A stretch of DNA of 64,000 nucleotides from Macrostomum lignano (GCA_002269645.1 NIVC01003150.1:1-64000); one strand, 5' to 3'; counted from the first letter of the stretch, positions 44,830 through 57,847 are shown. The notes: generated from the letters alone by a model not told the origin. Translations and numbers: made by a program.

Positions 44830-45390
44830 ATGTTGGAAGGAACTGCACCTCAGGAGCCGCCCGCTCTGCAAGCGCCCGAGCTTCAAGCGACCCTGCAGCG
44901 CGCCCCATGGCTTCGCCCTGATGAGGCGGCCAAGCTGCGAGTTTGGAATTCCGCCACGGCCGGCGCAACACCGGCGCGCCTACGCCTGCGCAAAGTTTTA
45001 TTCGACGCTTTCGACCTCGCCGCCCAGAAGGGGCGGGTACAAATTGATGCCCCCTGGCGCCGGCTCTGTGTCCTAATGCCTCCGGCGGCGACGAAAGACT
45101 TACTGGACAAGCAGTTAACACGGGCCGAGGAACTGTTCCGCCTGAGACCAACCCAATTCCGCCCAGCCCTGGCTCTACTTCTGGCATTGGCCTATTTTGA
45201 AGCTGGCCACCTAGAAGGCGGCTGGTTTCCGCGCCTACGAGCTTTCTGGGACTGTGCGATAGAGAAATACCCTGAGCGCCTCCACATCGTCGACAGTCAC
45301 GTACAAATATATGGCTGGCCCCCGGCGGCCAGCTCAGCTAGCGACCGGCCCAGAACGGCGAGGAACGCCAACCCCGAGCATCCTATTTGA
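44830..45390 (+). CDS. Extra ORF of unknown function between pol and the 3' LTR (186 aa)
   Basis: ATG-initiated, GC-rich and coding-like after an AT/pyrimidine-rich UTR; no signal peptide or env features seen. Confidence 0.6.
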   Translation: MLEGTAPQEPPALQAPELQATLQRAPWLRPDEAAKLRVWNSATAGATPARLRLRKVLFDAFDLAAQKGRVQIDAPWRRLCVLMPPAATKDLLDKQLTRAEELFRLRPTQFRPALALLLALAYFEAGHLEGGWFPRLRAFWDCAIEKYPERLHIVDSHVQIYGWPPAASSASDRPRTARNANPEHPI

Positions 45391-45501
45391 GGAGACCACC
45401 CGGCCAATCGAGGCGGCCGAGCTGCCGGACGCGGACGCCGCGGTGGCCAAGGAAGCAGCGGCTGCTGCTAACTCTGCGCAACCCTCCGGCCACCCTGCGC
45501 A

Positions 45502-46526
45502 TGTGGCAGTCGAGTGCCACTGATGAACACTTAATCAAGCAATTACGCTAAGTTGCATGCCCAAGAAACATTAATTTTTTATCCATCCAGTGAATTTCTG
45601 GCGCATCTTTTTTCCGTCAAGAGGCCGTCCAGCCACTGTTTTAGTTTCCACTGGGTGCTAAAATGCGCTCCCTTGCGGTGGATTTTGTTAAAATTTTTCT
45701 CCCTTTTCCTTTGTGGCAAGCCGTCCACCCAAAGTTTCCACGCTTTGAAACTTTGCTCCATCGGCCTGTCCAATTTAACTTCCAAACGTTGTGCATGCAA
45801 TTCTCTCTTTATTTATAATCTGCGCATGATGAGTGGTTTCTAACCTTTCTCCCCCACCCTTCCCCTTTTGGTTTTCGACCCCCTATTTTCCTTAATCTAA
45901 TTTTCATTTTTTAAGTTTATTTAGCGCACTGGCGCCCGTGAACATCTCAGTCGTCTAAAAATCAATATTACTAATCATAAGCCTGCATTATTCTTAATAA
46001 ACCAAGCCCATAAACCATTATTCCGAATCATATTTAATCTGCTGACATAAGCCATAGCATTTATTGAGTCATTTGCCCGTGGGGCGTAAAATAACCAAGT
46101 TCTCATCTCAAAGAAAGCTCTGAGACTTATCCGTTCCATAATACGTAAATTACGGTGGTGGCAGCAACTACCCTACTGAAAGTAACCAGTTCAACACATC
46201 GACGCATTAATTTACAGAGCCAGAAATCTCCGGTGTTTCATTCCTTTGAACGACCCGAGCCGCTAAACGACCGCTCTGCTACGATTACGACTACCCTCCC
46301 CCCGGACTTGAGAACCCGGCAGTCGGAGAAAAGGAGAAGAAATTCCGTTGTGATTCATCTGCGCGATTTTTCCGGTTTTATTCGTGCGAACGCAACGCCA
46401 CCGGTTTCGAAGAATTTCGGCCGACCTTCAACCCAGGAGTTTAAATCTTCTCCACCCCCACCTCACTGGTGTCAACAAATTTTCAAAACTCAGAACTTCC
46501 AAAAAATTCTTCTCCACCCCACCTCA
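45502..46526 (+). repeat. 3' LTR (1025 bp)
   Basis: Direct repeat of 36464-37490. Confidence 0.96.
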
Positions 46527-47805
46527 ATATATATTACAAAGGGTTAAAAATAAAAATAGCAAATAGTACCATATATAGATATATGCAAACCTTTTTGGAA
46601 ATAACAAAAGTAATTGATTTTGACATTTTAAAGTCAGCTGGAATTATACTTAGCAATTGTCAAAAGTTCTATGTTTTCAACTCATATGTAGCTAGAAAGA
46701 TAAACTTATTAAAATGCACAATATTTTATACAAATATTTTAACCTTAACATGTCAATGCAATTACTTTTTTTATTTTGCTAGACTAGGCCTACTATCAAT
46801 AAAAACACCTCTTAGCTGCAATAAGCCTTTTGGTATTAAGGTCTTTAGACTAGTTATTATAGATAAATGTCTAAGGAAATTATCAAAGCAATCCTTTAAT
46901 TTTATATATCCAACTATTTTATCAAAGGGCCAAATAGAGAGGCTTTGTAGGCTGGAGTTTGCTTACCTATGGCTTAAGCTAAAAAATCAAATTTGCAAAA
47001 CTAAAGGATTGCCATATCAAAATAATAGTACAATATTAAATTAACAAATATTATAAAACAAAAAAATGCTAAAGGGTCACTCTCTAAGGTATATAGGCTA
47101 TATCAAAAGGTGACAAAGTATGCACCAAAGCCTAGGAAGCATTGCAACAATAAAGGATCCTTTCGTAATTGGATTAATAAAAGACCTTTTTTCCTTTTTG
47201 GTAGGCCTAGGCTTGAACCCTATTTTACATTGCTCTAACAATGGTACCATACTAATAAAACAGTACTACTACAAAGAGCATGCCAAAAAAACTTTGCCAA
47301 CTTTTGACATTTATTAGGCCATTTGCATTCTATGTATAGGGTAGACCTATGGCCATTTTGAGTCTTTGACATTGATTCCAAGCATAGTCTCAAGTGTCAA
47401 TGTCACACTGTAGTTTGCATCGCAGCTGCACCAAGTGCTACCTTACAGAAAATGTGTTGCACTGCAGGATCATTTTAAATATATGCCAGACAGGCATCCA
47501 CCATTTAGCAACTTTTTCCAATAGAGCATAGGGTCTCAATAACAATAACAACTGCCATGCCATTAAAAATAGGTCCTAGACTAATCTAGGCCCTAAGCCT
47601 AAGGCCTAATCAATAAGATAACTATCTAGACTAACAAATGAAATAATAGAAATTGGGAATTGACAGGACAAAGAAAAAACAGTTGAAACACAAAGCTCAA
47701 TTGTTCATTTTTGTAGGGGCCTAACCAACCAAAACATTAGCATATTTTGGTTGGGTTTGGTTGGTTGATTGATACTGATAGTTAACCGCAAAAATCCTAA
47801 ACATA

Positions 47806-48346
47806 CAGGGTGACCCAGAAGTACCCAAAAATTACATAGCACAAACAATTAATTAAAGGCATAATCCTAGTTTCCTGTATTAAATTATTTTTAGTTAAAA
47901 ATCGACTCACTAAGTTAAAACAAGTTAGTCCATAGCAGTCAATAGTCCACTGAGCTCACTAAATGGCATAATAATAGGCAACTCAGAACAAGAAGTTGCC
48001 GAAGGTCGAAGGACTCTTCTAGGTAAAGCCTTTAAGCTAGAGGTGGTGCCAGAGGTACTCGTTCAGGCGCAAATCGAATAGGTCGTCGCTGGTGCCATAC
48101 ATGTTCTTGAACTTTGCCTTGACATGCGCCCAGGTCCTTTCAATGGCATTCATATGCAAAGTTCTTAGTTTCCAACTAGTTTTAAGTTGCTCATTATTAT
48201 GCCATTTAGTGAGCTCAGTGGACTATTAAGGATTATGGATTAACTTGTTTTAACTTATTGAGTCAATTTTTAACTCCAAATAATTTAACGCGGAAAACTA
48301 GGATTATGCCCAATTAAAAAATGTCAGCTACCTTTGGGTCACTCTG
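47806..48346. mobile_element. Tc1/mariner-type remnant (outer element)
   Basis: TA|CAGGGTGACCCA ... TGGGTCACTCTG|CA termini. Confidence 0.55.
47858..48310 (-). mobile_element. Merlin/IS1016-like non-autonomous element
   Basis: GGCATAATCC...GGATTATGCC TIRs of >100 bp, 8-bp TSD TAATTAAA/CAATTAAA, internal transposase remnant NAIERTWAHVKAKFKNMYGTSDDLFDLRLNEYLWH. Confidence 0.75.
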
Positions 48347-48692
48347 CAGTGTGCTCTGCATTAGTTCTTTTGTCGACCGTCACATGTTGTATCCGAAAGT
48401 TTTGGATTCAAAATTTTATTATAGGCCTAATATCAGATCTCAAATTAGTCGTTAGTGAGTTATTTTAAAATGCAGTTAGAAAAACCTTGTTCTTAACAAA
48501 TCTTAGGAGGGGCACAGCCCAAGCCCAATAAATCACCATCACTTCCTGTTGTAATTTATTGACGTGTTAAAAAAATGAATCTATTTGCCTTAATGCCCTA
48601 AAGAGTAGGAATTGTACAATTTTATTTTCGAATTGCTCAGTTCATGAAGTTAACGAGCTTGAAAAATGAAATTCAACTTTTTTTCTTCCCAT

Positions 48693-49133
48693 CATAGGCG
48701 TAAGAACGGGGGGGCCGGTGGGGCCATGCCCCACTCTTTAAAATGGGGGGGGGGCAATAAAGGTATCGGGCCCCTCCACATTTTAAATGTAAAATGCAGA
48801 CTTTTTGCTTATTTTTGGTTTTTGCTGCTTTGCATGAATGCATTTTGCTGCAGGGCGACAAAACATAGCACCTGCAGCGCTAAAATGAGTGGCTGCGGCG
48901 CTAAAATGAGTGCCTGCAGCGCTAAAATGAGTGCCTGCGGGCCTACGGCGCTATAAAATGATTGCCTGCGTTTAGTGCTGACAAGACGGATTCTGAAAAT
49001 AATCGGGATAATGTGCCTTTTCCATATAAAAAATCTAACTCGACGGGAGCATGCGCCCTGTGCACCCCCCCCTCCTAAATCCGCCACTAAACCTGCCCCA
49101 CCCCCCACTTTTTGAAACGTATCTACGCCTATG
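48693..49133. mobile_element. hAT-type MITE carrying a few 21-bp repeats
   Basis: TIR CATAGGCGTA/TACGCCTATG and perfect 8-bp TSD CTTCCCAT. Confidence 0.88.
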
Positions 49134-50100
49134 CTTCCCATGCAGCTTTGAACAGCTAAAAAAGCCTATAATAGCGCGTGGAAATATAGATATAGGGGCA
49201 TATAAGGCGTCAGAATGTGGGGCAGTGGACCAGGGCCACCACTTTAAGCTACCTTTGATATATTTTCTTTACATAGGTTTAATTCATATTCAATTTAGTA
49301 TGCATCTATGGCTATAAAGGTTCATTTATATAGAACGGATCGAGGCCGGTAAAAAAGGATAGATTGAAGAAACCATGGTGTGCTACCAGCTGCAGAGGAA
49401 AATTGTGCTAAAGAGACTGGGCAGAGGTAGAAAGTACCATGATCAGGACCCCAACGCATGTTTCGCCATCAGTTTTAGGAAGATCATTTTTAGTATATAG
49501 AAAGGGTCCGAATCTCGAACTACATGTAAAAAAATATGTACGTATAGATTATTAGACTTGCCGCGTTCTCCCTTTTAAAGATCTAAAGGAGCAGTATACA
49601 AACTATTCTATTGAAAGTAGTAAAGGGCAAGTTTGTATATTACCAGTCTAGAAATTTTCCTCACAGCTTATTTGACAGAAGTATCATCCAATCGGAGACA
49701 GGAAGCTACTCGTAAAGAATTGAAATGAAAAACCGTTTAAAAGGTTCGAGTCTTTGAAAAAAAAGATTTTTTAACTCCTTGACTTGACTATAGCTAATAG
49801 CATCGAAAATCTGTATCGAAGTTTTTATTTTAAAATCGCCACTTTAAGAGGCAAGAGAACTTGCACGATTTGCACGAATGACTCTAATCTCGTGTGGAAC
49901 AACAATCGTACGAATGGACATGGAAACTTCTCAACCGGTATGAGTACAACTAGCTGGCTTTTTTAACTTTGTATACATGGAGATTGTAGCTGTTGATATG
50001 ATTGAACTATGAACTATTAATTGAGTGTTATAAATATAAAGCATCAGTCTTCAGATTAAATCCATCAAACATCAATTCCTCTTTCGCCTAACCTTATTAG

Positions 50101-50395
50101 GATCGCGCAGTAACAAGCTACTGTCAGCGTCTCAACGCTGTGCTGAACGTGTCCACAGAGTCAGATCGTCAGCTGCTGCAGTCGATGCTAAATTTTCGCC
50201 ACGCCTGTCCCGATAAATTCCGCGAACTAATTCGCGTTCACTTGTCATTTCTAGTCGATTTGCCGCACTTTGATAGCGACCATAGTTGCGGCAGTGGCGG
50301 CGGCAGCACCAGCAGTTGGAAGCGAAAGTGTTACCTGCACGGTCTGCTCAGATTTCCATCGCCGCTGCGATTACGGGAACGCAGCTCCGGTTGCA
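50101..50395 (+). CDS. ARHGAP19: ARHGAP19-like RhoGAP, first visible exon (5' boundary uncertain)
   Basis: FRHACPDKFRELIRVHLSFLVDLP resembles the ARHGAP19 N-terminus; GTAAGT donor at 50396 (phase 1). Confidence 0.7.
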
Positions 50396-51944
50396 GTAAG
50401 TAGTGATGTGAATGTTAAATGTACCGGTAGTATATAATTTTCAGTGGCATTGCCATGAGTTTCTTCTAAAGGCAGGGGTGGGCAAACTCCGGCCCGCAAA
50501 GCCTCTATCCGGCCTTCGGGTCTTTGGACACTAGAATGGCAATCCGGCCCGCTCAAGGTTGTACTCTTCTTAGTTATCTCCTCTCCTGATCCTCATCTCC
50601 TCTCTCCTCTTCTCTATTTTCGCCTTTCCTCTCCCCTACTCTCTTCTCTCATCTTATCTCCTTTCTTCTTACTCATCTCTTCTCTCATAGCCTCTCATCT
50701 CGCCTCTCACCTCTCCTCTTTTCTGTCATCTCTCATCTGCTCTTTCTTCTCTCTCCCCATCCCCTCTTCTTTCCACTCCTGCCTGATCGCAGTCATGAGC
50801 TGGATTGTTTATCTGGTCCTAGAGGTAAAAAATTTGCGGACCCCCCCCCCCCCCCCTGTTTAAAAGGGGTAAGGGGGGAAGGGGGTCATGAGTCATGACC
50901 AGGAGTCAGCGCCCGCAGTGCGCTACTGCATCCATAGTCAATGCCATGTGTAACATTGCCAGGGCAAGCGGCGATAGTCCAGTCCCAGTTCCCAATCAGC
51001 AGTCCATGCGCTAAAAGAAACATTTTAGCGCCGTACGTAGCGTATTCGGCCCATGTTTTGAAACTATAAACAGTAAGCTTCAAGGTAGTATAAATAGTTA
51101 AATGCCTGAGACGTCATAACTGTACAGGGGCTGAATATTTAGTTAGTTTGAACTGAATGCACTCTATAGTCTCTAAGATCATGCTGTTGCGTGGGCTGCA
51201 GATAGAACAACCAGGAAGAAAACAAGTTTTGGGGGTCACGTTAGGACACGTTTTACCTATATACTACGGGCTCTGCTAGTAAACACTGCAATGCGATATT
51301 GGAATTGGTTTTATTTATGGTCATCGGGGTTGCCCCGGCTGTCTGCTCGATTTGCAGACAAACAAGACTATGGAACAATTACTAGAGCTATGAGAGCTGT
51401 AAAATTTATTGCTAGGACGAGCCACGCAAAAAGGCAGGCGGGACGCAGGAGGCTAAGGAGCACTCGATTGAGGATAGGGAAGAAATCCCCCATATAGAAG
51501 AAAGAAAATGTCATTCATTGTTGAAGTTTAATGCGTCTCTGTCTGGGGATGGAACTGAAGCCCCTGTCTGTGACCTGGGGCTCCACAGGGCTTGCCAATG
51601 ATTATTCCTCACACAAGGGCGCCTGCCTGCCTGATCGAAAGCGCGACTCCTGTGGCGGCGGCAGGTGTTTCTTTAAAAAAATTCCCAGGAGGGCCCGGGC
51701 CGCACGGTCGCGCCGCCACCCCACTCAATGCCTGCAGGATGAAGGCGGTAAACTAGGTCGGTGCATGGTGTGGCAAACAGGAACAAGCCAGCATGAGATG
51801 GATGGTGGGTGGGCTGTATAGATTCAGCTGTCTTCAATCTGTCTTGTTGCTCTCTGCAGTTCTGCATCTGCGCGCATTCAGACCGCACATTCCAATACTA
51901 ACTGCCCATCAATAATATTCTATTCCCTTTCCACGAAATTTCAG

Positions 51945-52073
51945 GCATATCGGAGCGCGCCAGACCTGGGGACCCCGTTGGGCAAGGGAAACAGCAGTCG
52001 CAGCATCAGCATCTCTGCCAAGCTGGTTTTAATAAAATCTCGCATTTGATTAGATTTTTAACTGAGAATGATC
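51945..52073 (+). CDS. ARHGAP19: ARHGAP19-like, exon
   Basis: AGFNKISHLIRFLTEND; phase 1-1 splice sites fit both neighbours. Confidence 0.75.
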
Positions 52074-52659
52074 GTAAGTCATTATGTGTTTATTATGTTC
52101 CGTATGTCCCAGCCGCCCTCGTTAAAGTGCTTTTAATGGAGTCTTGGACAGTCGTAAAAATATTTGTCTGTCTGGACTGATAAGAAATATTCTATTGCGC
52201 GGTTGGTTGGCGTTAAAACAGTTAAATTGTCAGTTAAAAGGCTGGCGGCGCTGACTAGCTATCTGATGGGACTTTCCCACGGGGTTGAGCCAGCTTACTT
52301 CACACCCTCCGAGAGCTATAATATAAAATCAGCCGAAAAGGGGTGGAAGCTATTAGCACCCTTCGACAATCCCAATTCTGACTGGCCGTTTTAAACCGTA
52401 GCTAATAATAAGACTGCTAAATAATAAATGTTTACATTTTACTATCCTTATCTGGTGCACTCAAGGATGCGTACATAGTGTTATACTCTAGCCGAAACTA
52501 TAATCATATTTTGCACCTATAATCATTCATCTGCAAAAGCCAAATTTATCTTTTTGATTTTTGAGTTCTTTTGAGTCTTTGAGTCTGTTTTGAGTTTTGA
52601 GTCTTTGAGTTAGTCCAATTTGAAGCTATATAATACAATAGATCAAATTGATACAATGG

Positions 52660-54324
52660 ACGGTGGGGACAGTGGGGCCATGGCCTCCACTTTTTAAAAT
52701 GCGGGGAGGCCAGTAATGGTATCTGGCCCCTTCACATTTTAAAGGTAAAATGTAGACTTGTTTATTTTTGGTTTTTGCTGCTTTAAATGAATGCATTTTG
52801 CAGAAGGGCGACAAAACATAGCGCCTGCAGCGCCAAAATAAGTGCCTACAGCGCTAAAATGAGTGCCTGCAGCGCCAAAATAAGTGTTGCAGCGCTAAAA
52901 TGAGTGCCTGTGGCGCTAAAATGAGTGCCTGCGGCGCTAAAATGAGTGCCTGCGGCGCTAAAATGAGTGCCTGTGGCGCTAAAATGAGTGCCTGTGGCGC
53001 CAAAATGAGTTCCTGCAGCGCTAAAATGAGTGCCTGTGGCGCTAAAATGAGTGCCTGCAGCGCTAAAAATGAGTGCCTGCAGTGCTAAAAATGAGTGCCT
53101 GTAGCGCTAAAAATGAGTGCCTGCAGCGCTAAAAATGAGTGCCTGTGGCGCTAAAATGAGTGCCTGTAGCGCTAAAAATGAGTGCCTGCAGCGCTAAAAA
53201 TGAGTGCATGTGGCGCTAAAATGAGTGCCTGCGGCGCTAAAATGAGTGCCTGCGGCGCTAAAATGAGTGCCTGTGGCGCTAAAATGAGTGCCTGTGGCGC
53301 TAAAATGAGTGCCTGCAGCGCCAAAATAAGTGTTGCAGCGCTAAAATGAGTGCCTGTGGCGCTAAAATGAGTGCCTGCGGCGCTAAAATGAGTGCCTGCG
53401 GCGCTAAAATGAGTGCCTGTGGCGCTAAAATGAGTGCCTGTGGCGCCAAAATGAGTGCCTGCAGCGCTAAAATGAGTGCCTGTGGCGCTAAAATGAGTGC
53501 CTGCAGCGCTAAAATGAGTGCCTGCAGTGCTAAAAATGAGTGCCTGTAGCGCTAAAAATGAGTGCCTGCGGCGCTAAAATGAGTGCATGTGGCTCTAAAA
53601 TGAGTGCCTGCGGCGCTAAAATGAGTGCCTGTGGCGCTAAAATGAGTGCCTGTGGCGCTAAAATGAGTGCCTGCGGCGCTAAAATGAGTGCCTGTGGCGC
53701 TAAAATGAGTGCCTGCGGCGCTAAAATGAGTGCCTGTGGCGCTAAAATGAGTGCCTGTGGCGCTAAAATGAGTGCCTGCAGCGCCAAAATAAGTGTTGCA
53801 GCGCTAAAATGAGTGCCTGTGGCGCTAAAATGAGTGCCTGCGGCGCTAAAATGAGTGCCTGTGGCGCTAAAATGAGTGCCTGTAGCGCTAAAAATGAGTG
53901 CCTGCAGCGCTAAAAATGAGTGCATGTGGCGCTAAAATGAGTGCCTGCGGCGCTAAAATGAGTGCCTGTGGCGCTAAAATGAGTGCCTGCGGCGCTAAAA
54001 TGAGTGCCTGTGGCGCTAAAATGAGTGCCTGCGGCGCTAAAATGAGTGCCTGTGGCGCTAAAATGAGTGCCTGTGGCGCTAAAATGAGTGCCTGTGGCGC
54101 TAAAATGAGTGCCTGTGGCGCTAAAATGAGTGCCTGCGGCGCTAAAATGAATGCTGACAAGACGGATTCTAAAAATAATCGGTACATGATAATGTGCATT
54201 TTCCATATATGAAAATCTTACTCGATGGAGGCGTGCGCGCGCGGCGCCCCCTGTGCGTCCCCCCCCCTAAATCCGCCACTGAACCTGCCTCCCCCCCACT
54301 TTTTGAAACGTTCCTACGCCTATG
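52660..54324. mobile_element. hAT-type MITE copy with an expanded 21-bp satellite
   Basis: Same body and right end (TACGCCTATG) as 48693-49133; tens of GCGCTAAAATGAGTGCCTG(T/C)G units; left end not resolved. Confidence 0.8.
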
Positions 54325-54714
54325 GAAAGCCAGATGTGTTTTCCTAAAAAAATAGTAGTAACACGGAGGCATGATAAAAATTGCACCTACAAAGTGCTTA
54401 ATTTATTGCGTGCCCGCTTTTACCTTTGCAGCCAGCTGTAACAAAAGTAGTCTCCATCGTGCGCTCTTGGTGTAATGGTGTTCGATCGGCAGCTGTTTTT
54501 TTAAAGGCACGACAATGGCTAATGGCCAAGAACATAAATTTATAGCTTTATTGCTCTTAGGGAAATTCGACTAAACAGGCTTAAATTTTTAATATGGTCC
54601 CTGTTGTTTACAGTCCATTCCTTTTACTAGATAATGCCATTTTCACGTGCCCTCCTGTCTCCGGGCCTTTAATTGGTAATGGAAGTAGATAGAGAATTTT
54701 ACCTGAACTTTATG

Positions 54715-55448
54715 GGGGGGTTTCACAAACTCGAAATTTCACAACGTCGAAAGCACCTTCTTTCACAAGGTCGAAATTTCACAAGGTCGAAATTTCATAA
54801 CATCGAAAACTCAAATAGCAGCCACTTTCACAAGGTCGAAACTTCACAAGGTCGAAATTTCACAACATCGAAAACTTTAGCAAAAGACTTCATAAGGTCG
54901 AAAATTCACAAGGTCGAAATTTCACAACATCGAAAACTCGAAAAGCAGCCACTTTCATAAGGTAGAAATTTCACAAGGTCGAAACTTCACAACATCGAAA
55001 ACTTTAGCAAGAGACTTCATAAGGTCGAAAATTCACAAGGTCGAAATTTCACAACATCGAAAACTCGAAAAGCAGCCACTTTCATAAGGTAGAAATTTCA
55101 CAAGGTCGAAATTTCACAACATCGAAAACTTTAGCAAGAGACTTCATAAGGTCGAAATTTCATAAGGTCGAAATTTCACAACGTAGAAAACTACTGTATG
55201 GTTCTTGATAGATAAAATTTTCGACTTTGTGAAATTTCGAGCTTATGAAGTTTCGACCTTGTGAAAGTGGCTGCACTTGAGTTTTCAATGTTATGAAATT
55301 TCGACCTTGTGAAATTTCGACCTTATGAAATCTCTTGCTAGATTTTTCGATGTTGTGAAATTTCGACCTTGTGAAGTTTCGACCTTGTGAAAGTGGCTGC
55401 TATTTGAGTTTTCGATGTTGTGAAATTTCGACCTTGTGAAAGCACCCC
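54715..55448. mobile_element. Foldback/Mutator-like element with modular TIRs
   Basis: GGGG..TTTCACAA / TTGTGAAAGCACCCC ends, 9-bp TSD AACTTTATG (54706-54714, 55449-55457), internal TTCACAAGGTCGAAAT repeats in both orientations. Confidence 0.82.
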
Positions 55449-55569
55449 AACTTTATGAGCGAGAGCCTGCATGGTTAGCAAATTAGCAAATTGTATGTTG
55501 TTGCTCCCAGAAAACTTGGGGAGAAGTGGCCGAGACTGCTCCAACCCGAACTCAACCCGAAACCTGCAG

Positions 55570-55830
55570 GCTACAAAGTCGAGGGCCTGTTTCGCAAAAC
55601 GGGTCACTGCGCCCGTCAGAAAGCGCTTCATCAACAGCTGACCGCAGGCGCAACGGCGGCAGCCCCCCCGCTGCGGTGCTCCACCGCCCGCACCCAGCCC
55701 GATGTCGGAATTCCCGACAGCACGACCGTGCACGACGCAGCCAACGTGCTCAAAATGTTGCTCCGCGGCGGCGACGGTCAGGCGAGCATTTTAAATCAAA
55801 GACTGGTGGATGTACTTTTGGCGATTGAAG
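55570..55830 (+). CDS. ARHGAP19: ARHGAP19-like, RhoGAP exon
   Basis: KVEGLFRKTG with the arginine finger; VHDAANVLKMLLR. Confidence 0.85.
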
Positions 55831-56143
55831 GTACGCATTCGAAACATATTAATCTAGATTTTCACTGAGAATATGAGATTAATCTGATTCATTAAGATTA
55901 GTGAGATTATGGGGGCCCAATTTAGGCCAAGCAAATGCTATATAAAGAGGGCAACGTCTCCAAACGTTACCTATAGTCTCCTGAGAGAAAATGGGGGTTG
56001 GGAGGCCACAAGCTTCACACAGTCGGAAAGACTTAACTTGCCAGGAGTCTCGCCATTCTGTAGATTTTGACTATATCCTCCGCCCCCGACTGCGACCCCA
56101 GCCTATACAGCCTTCCCTTCTTACGTAATCAATCAATTCGCAG

Positions 56144-56382
56144 AGCTAACCAGCGCCGAGTCGCTCTGCGGCCGCACAGATTCCGAGCAGCAGCTGGCCC
56201 TCTGTAGGCAGCATCGCGCTCTTCGCCTGTTCCAACTGCTGCTGCCGGAGACCAACGCGTCGGCTTTGTTGTCCGTCTTGCACCTGCTGAGCCTGGTGGC
56301 CTCCTGCCCGGAGACTCGGATGAGCGTCGGCAGTCTGGGCACGGTCTTCGGACCAGTGCTGCTCGGCGGCGGCGTCGGACAG
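56144..56382 (+). CDS. ARHGAP19: ARHGAP19-like, RhoGAP exon
   Basis: Hand translation ALRLFQLLLPETNASALLSVLHLLSLVASCPETRMSVGSLGTVFGPVLL. Confidence 0.85.
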
Positions 56383-56429
56383 GTGGGCTTGGACTCATGT
56401 GGGTTGGGTTTCAGCGAATTTTAATTGGT

Positions 56430-56720
56430 GTCAGTGACGTCTAATTTGGGTGTCAGCGACATCTAATTTGAGTGTCAGCGACATCTAATTTGGGTGTCAG
56501 CGACGTCTAATTTGGGTGTCAGCGACGTCTAATTTGGGTGTCAGCAACGTCTAATTTGGGTGTCAGCAACGTCTAATTTGGGTGTCAGCAACGTCTAATT
56601 TGGGTGTCAGCGACGTCTAATTTGGGTGTCAGCGACGTCTAATTTGGGTGTCAGCAACGTCTAATTTGGGTGTCAGCGACGTCTAACTTTAGCTGTCAGC
56701 AATTCTATTTGGGTGTCAGG
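56430..56720. repeat. 22-bp minisatellite
   Basis: Unit GTCAGCGACGTCTAATTTGGGT. Confidence 0.9.
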
Positions 56721-57024
56721 GGTGCCAAAAACATTCCTTCTTGAACATGTCAATTGTTACTTACACAATTTTTACTTAAATTTAATAGGATCAAGCGGGG
56801 TTTCATTCTCTGCGGAAGGTTGAGCACCTGAACAGGGCTGTCTCACTGCTCATCTCAAATTGCTCGCTGCTTAGCCAGGTAAGCTATAGGGTGATTTCAT
56901 TTTGGGAAGTTAAAGCCGCTGCTGTTAACGAAGCTTTATGTCCTTCGTCAGTTTATACTAATCAGGGATTTATGAAATTGATGGCTGCAAAACCAACGAG
57001 TTATATAACGAGCTACTTGCCAAA

Positions 57025-57397
57025 ACTAGCGCCTCCGGTGCTGGCGCCTCCGGTGCTGGCGCCTCCGGTGCTGGCGCCTCCGGTGCTGGCGCCTCCGGTG
57101 CTGGCGCCTCCGGTGCTTGCGCCTCCGGTGCTGGCGCCTCCGGTGCTGGCGCCTCCGGTGCTGGCGCCTCCGGTGCTGGCGCCTCCGGTGCTGGCGCCTC
57201 CGGTGCTGGCGCCTCCGGTGCTGGCGCCTCCGGTGCTGGCGCCTCCGGTGCTGGCGCCTCCGGTGCTGGCGCCTCCGGTGCTGGCGCCTCCGGTGCTGGC
57301 GCCTCCGGTGCTGGCGCCTCCGGTGCTGGCGCCTCCGGTGCTGGCGCCTCCGGTGCTGGCGCCTCCGGTGCTGGCGCCTCCGGTGCTGGCGCCTCCA
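57025..57397. repeat. 15-bp minisatellite (~25 copies)
   Basis: Unit GCGCCTCCGGTGCTG. Confidence 0.95.
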
Positions 57398-57471
57398 ATG
57401 GCTCACATATCAGCGAGTTGCGAAATGCCAAGCATATAGCTATTGAATTGTGCACCATGCTCGCAATGCAG

Positions 57472-57846
57472 GTGCCCCGCACCTTCGCGGAGGAGGTGGC
57501 TGGCCAATGGTCGGCTCTGCTGCTGCTAGTGCCGGATTCAGCTGGGTCTCCGATCCGATTTACTCGTCCGGCCGAGCCGGCGGTGGCTGCGGCTGTCAAA
57601 GCCGGCGACGATCCAACCGCCGAACTGTGCGCCCACATCCGCCGGATGCCGGAGTCGCGACGGAAGCGCCAGCTGGAGAAGCGGCTGGCTGAGCAGGAGA
57701 AGCTGACCGGATTGTCGCTGGGGCGGCAGAAGCAGCGCCAGGAGCCGCATCGCTCTCTGCAGAAGAGGCTGCGTTTGAGAAGCTGCACTCGACTTGTCAC
57801 TCCTGCTGCTGACGCCGCCTGCCAGGGGACAGCGGAGGAGGATAGT
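57472..57846 (+). CDS. ARHGAP19: ARHGAP19-like, exon
   Basis: Phase-0 CAG acceptor, VPRTFAEEVAGQW..., GTAAGT donor at 57847. Confidence 0.65.
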
Positions 57847-57847
57847 G

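Larger units (their letters stand above)
36464..46526 (+). mobile_element. Ty3/Gypsy LTR retrotransposon, full length, pol disrupted
   Basis: TG..CA LTRs, 4-bp TSD ATAT (36460-36463, 46527-46530), PBS, gag, pol in PR-RT-RH-IN order. Confidence 0.96.

Noticed and set aside
44830-45390. env call for the third Gypsy ORF
   Set aside because: It is too short, with no signal peptide, furin site or C-terminal TM anchor.
46469-47044. 191-aa ORF starting in the 3' LTR
   Set aside because: It is read-through of the LTR frame into AT-rich flank, with no motif.
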